From NCBI GenBank assembly GCA_017510335.1, contig JAFWNM010000033.1:86868-150867 (forward strand): a stretch of 64,000 nucleotides of DNA, in the 5' to 3' direction. Numbering within the stretch: the first letter of the stretch is position 1; each line of letters begins with the position of its first letter. The translations under genes were made by a program, and so were the position numbers. Source of the DNA: Paracoccaceae bacterium. GTDB lineage: Bacteria > Pseudomonadota > Alphaproteobacteria > Rhodobacterales > Rhodobacteraceae. Of the stretch, positions 18,511 through 26,887 are shown piece after piece. Under the pieces are notes generated by a model, which was not told the origin of the DNA, did no database searches, and worked only from the letters and a program-made list of their open reading frames with translations.

Positions 18511-19494
18511 ATGAACCCCACTGTCCTGACGATCATCGTTAACTACAAAAGCGCCGGAATGTCGCTGCAATCCGCGCAGGCCGCAAACCGTGCCATGACG
18601 GGCATTGACGGCGCAATTACGATTGTCGACAACGACAGCCAGGACGGCTCTTTTGAAACCCTGCGCGACGCCACGCGCGACATGCCACGGGTTCGGGTTA
18701 TCCAGTCGGGGCATAACGGTGGCTTCGGGTTTGGCAACAATGTTGCCATAAATGCGGGCCTGCCGGATGGACGTGCGCCGGATTTCGTCTATCTTCTCAA
18801 CCCCGATGCCTTCCCCGATGCTGATGCAATACAGGTGCTGCGCGACCATATGATCGCGCATCCGCAAACCGGCTTTGCGGGCAGTGCCGTGCGCGGCGAG
18901 GATGGCACCCCCCACGAGGTGGCGTTTCATTTCCCCTCTGCCTGGTCGGAATTCGAGACAGCGGCGAATACCGGCGTCATTACCAGATTGCTGCGCAACT
19001 ACCGCGTTCCCATGGGCTTTCCGCCGGCCACTTGCGCCGTGGACTGGTGTTCTGGTGCCAGTGTGATGTTCCGCCGCAGCATGCTGGACCAGATCGGCCT
19101 GTTTGACGAAACCTTTTTCCTGTATTTTGAAGAAACGGAATTGTGCCATCGTGCCCGCGCTGCAGGCTGGGCGGGCATGTATGTGCCCAAGGCCAGCGTT
19201 ATGCATATCGGTTCGGTTTCGACCGGCATGAGCAACAAGGCGCGCATACCGGGCTATTGGTTCAATTCGCGCGCGCATTATTATCGCAAGACAGGGGGCG
19301 CAGGGTATCTGGCAGTTGCAACGCTGTTTTATGTGCTAGGCGCATCCATCTGGAAAACACGCCGCCTGATTGAACGGAAAGAGGATCGGATTCCGCCATA
19401 TTTTCTCCGTGATCTTGTGGGACATACATTTCAGACCCTGATGCCGGGCACATTGATCAGGGGCAAACGGACGGGGGCGCAGGAAGCGCCCTGA
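18511..19494 (+). CDS. GT2-family glycosyltransferase (WbbL/rhamnosyltransferase-like)
   Basis: Motifs IIVNYKS, VDNDSQDG, NGGFGFGNN, LLNPDA, SGASVMFR, FFLYFEETELCHR and VMHIGSVS. Confidence 0.9.
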   Translation: MNPTVLTIIVNYKSAGMSLQSAQAANRAMTGIDGAITIVDNDSQDGSFETLRDATRDMPRVRVIQSGHNGGFGFGNNVAINAGLPDGRAPDFVYLLNPDAFPDADAIQVLRDHMIAHPQTGFAGSAVRGEDGTPHEVAFHFPSAWSEFETAANTGVITRLLRNYRVPMGFPPATCAVDWCSGASVMFRRSMLDQIGLFDETFFLYFEETELCHRARAAGWAGMYVPKASVMHIGSVSTGMSNKARIPGYWFNSRAHYYRKTGGAGYLAVATLFYVLGASIWKTRRLIERKEDRIPPYFLRDLVGHTFQTLMPGTLIRGKRTGAQEAP

Positions 19495-19507
19495 AAAGGG
19501 GTAATTT

Positions 19508-22500
19508 ATGCAGTTTTCAAGTGTTGTGATCGGCGATGAAAGCCTGCTGGCAGAATGCAGCAACCAGCTTTTGGCGCGTGGACACACCATTGCGGCTGTT
19601 GTCACCAACAACCCGCATCTGGCCAGCTGGGCACATGATAACAACCTGCCTGTCGTCAGCGCGGGCCGTGGTCTGGCAGACCGGCTGAATAGGCTGCATT
19701 TCGACTGGATTTTGAACATAGCCGGCCTGCGCGTGCTGCCGCCGGAAGTTCTGGCGCTGCCTGCCCGTGGGGCGGTCAATTTTCATGATGGCCCCTTGCC
19801 ACAGCATGCCGGGTTGAATGCACCCGTCTGGGCCTTGTTGGCAGGCGAACAACAGCACGGCATTTCATGGCATATGATCACCGAAACCATCGATCAGGGC
19901 GATATTCTGGCCCGCGCCGCTTTTGACATCACCGCTGATGACACTGCCTTGACGCTGAACGCAAAATGCTTTGCCGCCGGTGTCGAAAGTTTCGCAAATG
20001 TGCTGGACATGCTGGAACGCGGGCAGGTTTCCGGACAGCCCCAAGACATGACGGGGCGCAATGTGCATCTGCGCCATGACCGCCCCCTTCATGACGGTTT
20101 GCTGGATTTCACGCGCCCCGCCGCAGAACTGGAACGTGTGGTTCGCGCGCTGGATCATGGGCCATATTGGAACCCGCTATGCGCGGCCAAACTGCGGCTT
20201 GGCGCGCAACTTGCCTGTATTGGCGCCGCGCGGGTGGTTGACGGCCAAGGCGCGCCCGGACAGGTTCTTGATGTGGATTCCGACAGTCTGACCGTCATGT
20301 GCGCGGATATGGCGCTGCGCATGTCCGGACTGTTATGTGTGCAAGGGCTGCCCGTCAGCCCGGTGCAACATGTCACAACCGGCGACATGCTGCACATGCC
20401 CCCGAATGGCGTGACCGATGCGATGACGCGCATTGTGGCAGGCGAGCAGCGCTGGCGCGACGCCTTGCGCGCCATGGTGACGGTTCCCCGCCTTGCCGCA
20501 AAATCCGACAGGCGCGAAACACTGGCCCTGGATCTGGCCCTTGCACCGGACGCGCAAACCATTGCGGCATTCGGCGCGGCTGTCGCGCGCCAGTTCGGGT
20601 TGTCCGGCATCGACATGGCATGGCGCAATCGCGCCATTGCACAGGCACAGGCCGCCGCCCCCGACCATATTTCCGGCTGGGTGCCGGTGCAGGTGGACCT
20701 GCATGGCGCAAACCCCATCGCTGATGTTGAAACCCGCCTGAAGCTGGCCCAAACCGCGCCGGGCTTTGCCTGTGACATCAGCGCGCGCGATCCCATGCTT
20801 GGCCTGATCGAGATGCCGCATGTCGCCGTTACACACGGCGCCGAAGCACCGCAGGCGGCACTTGTGCTTGATCTGGACGCGGGCGCGTTGCGCTATGATC
20901 CCGAAATCCTGAGCGCGGCTGGCGCAAGCAAAATCAATACGCTGCTGGCAAACCCGCAGTCGATGGTCCTTGAACCGGACCAGCTTAACGCCACCACGCG
21001 TCCCTATGACCGCATTTGCATTCATCATGCGTTCGAAGCGCAGGTTCACAAAACGCCTGACGCCATTGCGCTGGCGTTTGAAAACCAGACCCTGACATAT
21101 GCGGACCTGAACGCCCGCGCCAACCGCGTGGCGCATGTGCTGAAGGGTATGGGCGTTGTCCCTGACACGCCAGTTGCGTTGTGCGCTGCACGCGGCCCGA
21201 ACCTGCTGATCGGCGCGCTTGGCATCCTGAAGGCGGGCGGGGCCTATGTGCCGCTGGACCCTGCCTACCCTGCGGACCGGCTGGCACATTACCTGAGTGA
21301 TTCCACCGCGCCAGTGGTCGTTACGGAACATGCCCTGCTGGACATGTTGCCCGACCATGATGCGGCGCTTTTGCAACTGGACACCGATGCGCGGCTTGCT
21401 GCGGCACCCGACACCACCCCTGACGGGACCACCACGCCCGACAATCTGGCGTATCTGATCTATACATCCGGGTCCACAGGCACACCCAAAGGGGTGATGG
21501 TGGAACATGGCAATGTCGCCAATTTCTTCGCCGGGATGGATGAGCGCATACGCCATGACCCGCCCGGCGTATGGCTGGCTGTCACATCGTTAAGTTTTGA
21601 CATTTCCGTGCTGGAACTGTTCTGGACATTGGCCCGCGGGTTCAAGGTTGTCCTGATGGGTGATGAGGACCGCACCGCTGTTTCGCGCGCGCCAGTGCGC
21701 GTGTCCGACAAACCCATGGATTTCAGCCTTATGTATTGGGGCAATGATGACGGGCAGGGGCCGCAGAAATACCGCCTGCTGCTGGAAGGCGCGAAATTTG
21801 CCGACACGCACGGGTTTTGCGCGGTCTGGACGCCGGAACGGCATTTTCACGCCTTTGGCGGCCCGTTCCCCAACCCGTCGGTTTCTGGCGCGGCAGTGGC
21901 GGCGGTTACGCAAAACCTGGCGGTGCGTGCAGGGTCTTGCGTGGCACCGCTGCATCATCCAGTGCGCATTGCCGAAGATTGGGCGATGATCGATAATTTG
22001 ACGAACGGGCGCACCGGCATTGGCATCGCTTCGGGCTGGCATCCGGTTGATTTTGTCCTTCGTCCCGAAAACCGCCCGCCCAACAACAAACAGGCGATGT
22101 TCGACATGATCGACACGCTGCGCAAACTATGGCGCGGGGATGCGGTCGAATTTGACAAGGGCGACGGGATGGTTCCCGTTCAGACCCTGCCGCGCCCCGT
22201 ATCGCGCGAATTGCCAATCTGGCTGACCACAGCAGGCAACCCCGACACTTGGCGTGACGCAGGACGGCTTGGCGCGAATGTGCTGACGCACCTGCTGGGC
22301 CAATCCATTGCCGAGGTGGCCGAGAAAATCACCATCTATCACGAAGCCCTGCGCGATGCGGGCCATGACCCCGCCGATTTTACCGTCACGCTGATGTTGC
22401 ACAGCTTCGTTGCGCGCGACCGCGACCATGCCCGCGAAGTGGCGCGCGGGCCGATGAAATCCTACCTGCTGGCGGCGGCGGCGCTGGTGAAACAATACGC

Positions 22501-24019
22501 ATGGGCCTTTCCAGCGTTCAAACGCCCCCAAGGGGCAAAGAACCCCATGGATATTGACCTGTCCGCCCTGTCCCAGGACGAAGTGGACGGCATTCTTGAT
22601 TTCGCCTTCAACCGCTATTTCGACGAATCCGGCCTGTTTGGCACGGTTGAGGATTGTCTGGACCGCGTGGAACAGCTCAAGGCGATTGGCGTGACGGAAA
22701 TTGCCTGCCTTATTGATTACGGCATCAACACCGATCAGGTTCTGGAAGGGCTGTTTCCGCTGGCCGAAGTGGTCAGGCGCGCGAATGCCGGGCTGGATCT
22801 GGCGCAGGATGATTTCTCGATCGCTGCGCAAATTCATCGCCACAAGGTCACGCATCTTCAATGCACCCCGTCCATGGCGCGCATGCTGGTCCTCAATGAC
22901 GACAGCCGCGCAGCACTGGCAAAGGTGGGGACTGTCCTGATCGGCGGTGAAGCCCTGCCCGGGGCCTTGGCGCGCGACATTGCGCAGCTTACCGGCCAGC
23001 CTGTGCATAACATGTATGGTCCCACCGAAACCACCATATGGTCAACAACCCTGACCACCACAGGCACAGACGGTATTGCGGGAATAGGCACGCCCATCGC
23101 GAATACTCAGGTTCATGTCCTCGACGACGCGCTGCGCCCTGTGCCCCCCCATCAGGACGGGGAATTGTTCATTGGCGGCGACGGGGTGACGCGGGGCTAC
23201 TGGAACCGCGCGGCACTGACAGAAGAACGGTTTATCCCCAACCCATTCGGGGCGGGGCGGCTGTATCGCACAGGCGATCTGGTGCAACGGGGGCATGACG
23301 GGTTGCGGTTCATGGGGCGTGTGGATCATCAGGTCAAAATCCGCGGCCACCGCATCGAACTGGGCGAGATTGAAACCGCCCTGGAAGCGCAGCCGGGCAT
23401 TACCGCCGCTGTTGCCATCGCCCGCGAAGACCGGGACGGCGACATAAGGCTGGTCGCCTATTACACCGGCAGCCCGTCGGGGGATGTGCGCGCCGCGCTG
23501 GCACAGCGCCTGCCTGCACATATGTTGCCCGCGCATTTTATCCCGCTGGCAAAAATGCCGCTGACGCCCAACAAGAAGATCGACCGCAAGGCCCTTCCGG
23601 CACCCACCAGCGCGCCACAACACATGCCAGCACCTGTCGCCAGCGCACCTGCAGGCACAGACACCGCCAGCAAGATCGCGGCCATATGGTGCGATGTGCT
23701 GGGCGTGGCGCAAGTGGGCCAGACGGATAATTTCTTCCATCTGGGGGGGCATTCGCTGCTGGCAGTGCAGGCCCACCGCGAAATGCGCACGCTATTGAAC
23801 ATTCCGGGCCTGTCCATCACAGATTTGTTCCGTTTCCCCGTTCTGGGGGAACTTGCCCGTCATCTGGATGGCAAACTGCGCCCGCTTTCGCCTGTGCAAA
23901 CACCACAAATTCACGCCATCGACAGCGCCCCCCTTGCCCCCGACACACCCCCATCAGACAGGGTTCAGGCCATGGCACGCCGCCGCGCCATGCGCGCAGA
24001 AAGGGCCGGACGCGCATGA
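19508..24019 (+). CDS. NRPS-like starter module: formyltransferase - degenerate C lobe - adenylation domain (Gly code) interrupted by luciferase-like monooxygenase - PCP
   Basis: F domain: NFHDGPLP...IDQGDI. A3 YTSGSTGTPKG; A4 FDIS; LLM insert with WTPERHFH and IASGWHPVDF; A5 NMYGPTE; A7 YRTGD; A8 KIRGHRIELGEIE; A10 NKKIDR. PCP: LGGHSL (Ser 23753). Confidence 0.95.
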   Translation: MQFSSVVIGDESLLAECSNQLLARGHTIAAVVTNNPHLASWAHDNNLPVVSAGRGLADRLNRLHFDWILNIAGLRVLPPEVLALPARGAVNFHDGPLPQHAGLNAPVWALLAGEQQHGISWHMITETIDQGDILARAAFDITADDTALTLNAKCFAAGVESFANVLDMLERGQVSGQPQDMTGRNVHLRHDRPLHDGLLDFTRPAAELERVVRALDHGPYWNPLCAAKLRLGAQLACIGAARVVDGQGAPGQVLDVDSDSLTVMCADMALRMSGLLCVQGLPVSPVQHVTTGDMLHMPPNGVTDAMTRIVAGEQRWRDALRAMVTVPRLAAKSDRRETLALDLALAPDAQTIAAFGAAVARQFGLSGIDMAWRNRAIAQAQAAAPDHISGWVPVQVDLHGANPIADVETRLKLAQTAPGFACDISARDPMLGLIEMPHVAVTHGAEAPQAALVLDLDAGALRYDPEILSAAGASKINTLLANPQSMVLEPDQLNATTRPYDRICIHHAFEAQVHKTPDAIALAFENQTLTYADLNARANRVAHVLKGMGVVPDTPVALCAARGPNLLIGALGILKAGGAYVPLDPAYPADRLAHYLSDSTAPVVVTEHALLDMLPDHDAALLQLDTDARLAAAPDTTPDGTTTPDNLAYLIYTSGSTGTPKGVMVEHGNVANFFAGMDERIRHDPPGVWLAVTSLSFDISVLELFWTLARGFKVVLMGDEDRTAVSRAPVRVSDKPMDFSLMYWGNDDGQGPQKYRLLLEGAKFADTHGFCAVWTPERHFHAFGGPFPNPSVSGAAVAAVTQNLAVRAGSCVAPLHHPVRIAEDWAMIDNLTNGRTGIGIASGWHPVDFVLRPENRPPNNKQAMFDMIDTLRKLWRGDAVEFDKGDGMVPVQTLPRPVSRELPIWLTTAGNPDTWRDAGRLGANVLTHLLGQSIAEVAEKITIYHEALRDAGHDPADFTVTLMLHSFVARDRDHAREVARGPMKSYLLAAAALVKQYAWAFPAFKRPQGAKNPMDIDLSALSQDEVDGILDFAFNRYFDESGLFGTVEDCLDRVEQLKAIGVTEIACLIDYGINTDQVLEGLFPLAEVVRRANAGLDLAQDDFSIAAQIHRHKVTHLQCTPSMARMLVLNDDSRAALAKVGTVLIGGEALPGALARDIAQLTGQPVHNMYGPTETTIWSTTLTTTGTDGIAGIGTPIANTQVHVLDDALRPVPPHQDGELFIGGDGVTRGYWNRAALTEERFIPNPFGAGRLYRTGDLVQRGHDGLRFMGRVDHQVKIRGHRIELGEIETALEAQPGITAAVAIAREDRDGDIRLVAYYTGSPSGDVRAALAQRLPAHMLPAHFIPLAKMPLTPNKKIDRKALPAPTSAPQHMPAPVASAPAGTDTASKIAAIWCDVLGVAQVGQTDNFFHLGGHSLLAVQAHREMRTLLNIPGLSITDLFRFPVLGELARHLDGKLRPLSPVQTPQIHAIDSAPLAPDTPPSDRVQAMARRRAMRAERAGRA

Positions 24020-24696
24020 TTCAACAACGCTTTTCACTGGTGCAATACGCGCGCCCCTTGTTCAGCGACAGGGTTGCCATGGCATGGGCCGACCCGAAAG
24101 CCCCCATGCCCCGCCTTATGGGCGACGAGGTTCTGGCCATTGAACAGGTCGCTGCCGCGCGCGCGCGCGAATTCGCCGCCGGACGCGCTGCCGCGCGCAG
24201 CGCCATGGAACAACTGGGCCATACGCCGCGCCCCGTCCTGCAAGGGGATGACCGCGCGCCAATCTGGCCTTCGGGCATTGTCGGGTCCATCACGCACACG
24301 GGCCAGGACGCGCTGGCCGTTGTCACGGATGACCCCGCCATTATGGCGTTGGGGCTGGACATGGAACCCGCCACACCGCTGGAACCAAGCCTGTGGCCAG
24401 TGGTTTGCACACAAAACGACATGCTTTGGCTGGCTGGCCTTGGCCCTACGCAGCGCGGACATTTCGCCAAGCTGCTGTTTTCCGCGAAAGAAGCGGTCTA
24501 TAAGGCACAGTATCAGGTCAGCCGCTGCCTGATCGATTTTCATGCGCTTGATCTGATACCTGATCTGGCTTCAGGCCGCTTTACCGGGACATTGCGGCAA
24601 GACGTTCCGCATTTTGCATCTGGAACCCGATTCGAAGGACAGTTTTCGATTCTCGCCAGTTCCATTGTCACAGCGGTGGAAATATACCGTCGCTGA
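24016..24696 (+). CDS. 4'-phosphopantetheinyl transferase (EntD-type)
   Basis: Motifs APIWPSGIVGSITH, LGLDME and FSAKEAVYKA; ATGA overlap with the NRPS gene. Confidence 0.93.
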   Translation: MIQQRFSLVQYARPLFSDRVAMAWADPKAPMPRLMGDEVLAIEQVAAARAREFAAGRAAARSAMEQLGHTPRPVLQGDDRAPIWPSGIVGSITHTGQDALAVVTDDPAIMALGLDMEPATPLEPSLWPVVCTQNDMLWLAGLGPTQRGHFAKLLFSAKEAVYKAQYQVSRCLIDFHALDLIPDLASGRFTGTLRQDVPHFASGTRFEGQFSILASSIVTAVEIYRR

Positions 24697-24956
24697 ACGC
24701 AGGTCTGCTGCAATAGGCGCAGTTTTTCAAAGCGGGCTATTCTATGGATAGTGGCTAACCCGACCCGCTTCCCCAACATTCTGCAAGCCGCCGCGACAAG
24801 CTGACCATGCCTTCAAAATCATTGGCAAAACCCGCCTTCAATCTGATACACTTGCGCCAGCAACCCTAACCAGAGGCAGTGTGCTGTCAGTTCCCAAAGC
24901 TACTGATCATCAGAATCGACGACAGCATTCCAGTATCAGAAAGAATCGAGGGCAGA

Positions 24957-25274
24957 ATGAACAAAACCCTGATTGCCGCCATCCTTTCGGCATTCGTTAT
25001 CCCTGCAATACCCACATCCGCAGCCGCCAGCGCAATTGAATCCGCATGCTTGCGGTCGGACAGGGCGCAAGCCACCCGCGCGTTGTGCCGTTGCATCGGA
25101 TCTGTGGCGAATGAAACGCTGACCCGCAGCGAGCAACGCCGCGCCGCCGCATTTTTCCGCGACCCACAGCTTGCGCAGGATGTGCGCATGTCCAAAAGTG
25201 ACCGCGATAATGCATTCTGGGCGCGTTACCGCGCCTTCGGGGACCGTGCCGAACAATTTTGCGCAGGGCGCTGA
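24957..25274 (+). CDS. Small secreted hypothetical protein with four cysteines
   Basis: Signal peptide MNKTLIAAILSAFVIPAIPTSAAA; mature part contains SAC, LCRC and QFC; GAGG RBS before ATG24957. Confidence 0.75.
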   Translation: MNKTLIAAILSAFVIPAIPTSAAASAIESACLRSDRAQATRALCRCIGSVANETLTRSEQRRAAAFFRDPQLAQDVRMSKSDRDNAFWARYRAFGDRAEQFCAGR

Positions 25275-25309
25275 TCTGCTTTTGGCGCCCCTCATCAGAA
25301 ATGCCTGAC

Positions 25310-25350
25310 AAGTCTAGACCCCGAACCATGTTCGGGGTCTAGACTTTTTT
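25310..25350. terminator. Long perfect hairpin between convergent genes (terminator)
   Basis: 17-bp stem AAGTCTAGACCCCGAAC-CAT-GTTCGGGGTCTAGACTT followed by a T run; abuts the PCu(A)C stop codon. Confidence 0.85.
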
Positions 25351-25837
25351 AGTTGTGGCTATGCGTATGTCCGTGACTGTGGTTGTGGCCGCCACCGTGG
25401 TCTGTGGTGCGTTCCAGATCAACAGGAATCACAATTGCAAGCTCATCGCCGTTTTCAAGCACCAGCGTCACCGCCACGTCATCACCATGGCTTAGGGACT
25501 GGTTCAGACCCAGAAACATGACATGGTCGCCGCCACGTTCCAGCGCGTGCATGCTTTGGGCGGGCACGGTAATCCCGCCTTCCAGTTCGACCATGCGCAT
25601 AACGCCGTTGTCATCTTCCAGATGGGTGTGCAATTCGACACGTTGCGCCACATCGGACCGCGCGCCGATGATGCGGCACTCCGTCGCGGAATTGTTCATA
25701 ATATGCATGAACGCCGCACCGGATTGCGACATTGCAGTGGATGTGCGCGCATAGGCATCATGCACTTCCAGATCGCAGGCCAATGCGGGCAGGGCGAACG
25801 TGACTGCCGCAGCAGTCGTCAAAAGTATTTTCTCCAT
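25349..25837 (-). CDS. Periplasmic copper chaperone PCu(A)C with His-rich tail
   Basis: Signal peptide; ELHTH...GVMRM...GGDHVM copper motif; tail DHGGGHNHSHGHTHSHN. Confidence 0.92.
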   Translation of the reverse strand: MEKILLTTAAAVTFALPALACDLEVHDAYARTSTAMSQSGAAFMHIMNNSATECRIIGARSDVAQRVELHTHLEDDNGVMRMVELEGGITVPAQSMHALERGGDHVMFLGLNQSLSHGDDVAVTLVLENGDELAIVIPVDLERTTDHGGGHNHSHGHTHSHN

Positions 25838-25875
25838 TCTTCAAGTCCTTGTCTGACAGGTGGGGTTTTCCGCAA

Positions 25876-26229
25876 TCAGACAAATTCAGGTGGGGCGCGC
25901 GAACTGGCCCAGAACCCCGCTGCCCCCGCTTGCCAGACGGCCGCGCCTGCGTGCCATTGCACGCGACTGGCCCGGGCCGCTGCGTGGAAATACTCCAGCG
26001 GATCGGCCAGCCCGGCGACAACAGGCATAATGCAATCAGGGCAGGGCAACATATGCTCGACCGGGTTGCCGTCAGCATCAATGGTGACAGAAACCAGACC
26101 GTAGCCCGTGCAGATGACAAGCGTTTGTGCGCCCGCCGCAAGATGGCGTGCCTGAACAAACCCGATACTGGCCAGCGCCAGACAAAGCGCCAGCGCAAAA
26201 CCGGAGAAGCTGCGCAACAGTCTTTTCAT
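25876..26229 (-). CDS. DUF2946-like membrane-anchored protein with CxxC
   Basis: N-terminal TM helix, LVICTGYG, and CPDC motif; upstream neighbour of PCu(A)C. Confidence 0.7.
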   Translation of the reverse strand: MKRLLRSFSGFALALCLALASIGFVQARHLAAGAQTLVICTGYGLVSVTIDADGNPVEHMLPCPDCIMPVVAGLADPLEYFHAAARASRVQWHAGAAVWQAGAAGFWASSRAPPEFV

Positions 26230-26272
26230 GCGGCCAATCTATGCCTTTGGCCGCGCCAAGGGAAGCGCCAAA

Positions 26273-26887
26273 CTAGCGCACCATCTGCTTGATGGCCGCG
26301 ACATGTTTGCCTGTCGCGGCGGCTGCATCCTGCGTCAGCGCCAAAGCGTCAGGCAACAGCGCGTCCGGGTCGGACACGCGGTCGACCAGCCCCCAGGACA
26401 GCGCCTCGGGGGTCTCAATGCGCGCACCAGCCATCAGGATCATCTTAGCGCGTGCCGGTCCCACCAGTGCCGTCAGGCGCACGGGGTCGGATGGTTGCGG
26501 AAGGAAGCCCAGCTTCATGACAGGATAGAAAAAATTTGCCCCCGGCACCGCCAGGCGCATGTCACATGCCAGCGCCATGCCAAACGCACCCCCTGCCATT
26601 GTTCCGTTCAGTGCAGCAATCGTCAGCAACGGGGCCGCCGCAATGCGCCCCGAAAGCGCTTCCCACAGGCCAGATGTCGCTAGCCCTGCGCGTGCTTCAT
26701 CCAGATCAGCGCCTGCGCTGAACACCCCGCCCCGCCCTGTCAGAACCAGCGCGCGCGCCCCTGCCTTGCACGCGGCGTCCACACCTTCGCACAAGGCCAG
26801 CAGCATTTCTGCTGTCAGCGAATTGGCCTTTTCGGGCCGGTCCAGTGTCAGGGTCCATACGCCGCCTGCGTCATGCACATGTATCAT
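26273..26887 (-). CDS. Enoyl-CoA hydratase/isomerase (crotonase) superfamily protein
   Basis: Motifs LTLDRPEKANSL, FSAGADL, AALNGTMAGG, ALACDMR and EALSWGLVD. Confidence 0.88.
   Translation of the reverse strand: MIHVHDAGGVWTLTLDRPEKANSLTAEMLLALCEGVDAACKAGARALVLTGRGGVFSAGADLDEARAGLATSGLWEALSGRIAAAPLLTIAALNGTMAGGAFGMALACDMRLAVPGANFFYPVMKLGFLPQPSDPVRLTALVGPARAKMILMAGARIETPEALSWGLVDRVSDPDALLPDALALTQDAAAATGKHVAAIKQMVR

Noticed and set aside
17767-19278. 503-aa minus-strand ORF across the PKS TE and GT2
   Set aside because: Antisense shadow of two real genes with no recognisable domain.
12160-24019. Product as a formamido-butenolide formed by TE lactonisation
   Set aside because: This would need a Z-alkene, whereas the B-type KR fingerprint predicts an E-alkene; kept only as a remote possibility.
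8440-24696. Cluster as a recently acquired island or siderophore pathway
   Set aside because: There is no integrase, transposase, tRNA or flanking direct repeat, and base composition looks like the flanks by eye (not computed). There is no linked TonB receptor or iron-box, and the nearby receptor is B12-riboswitch controlled.
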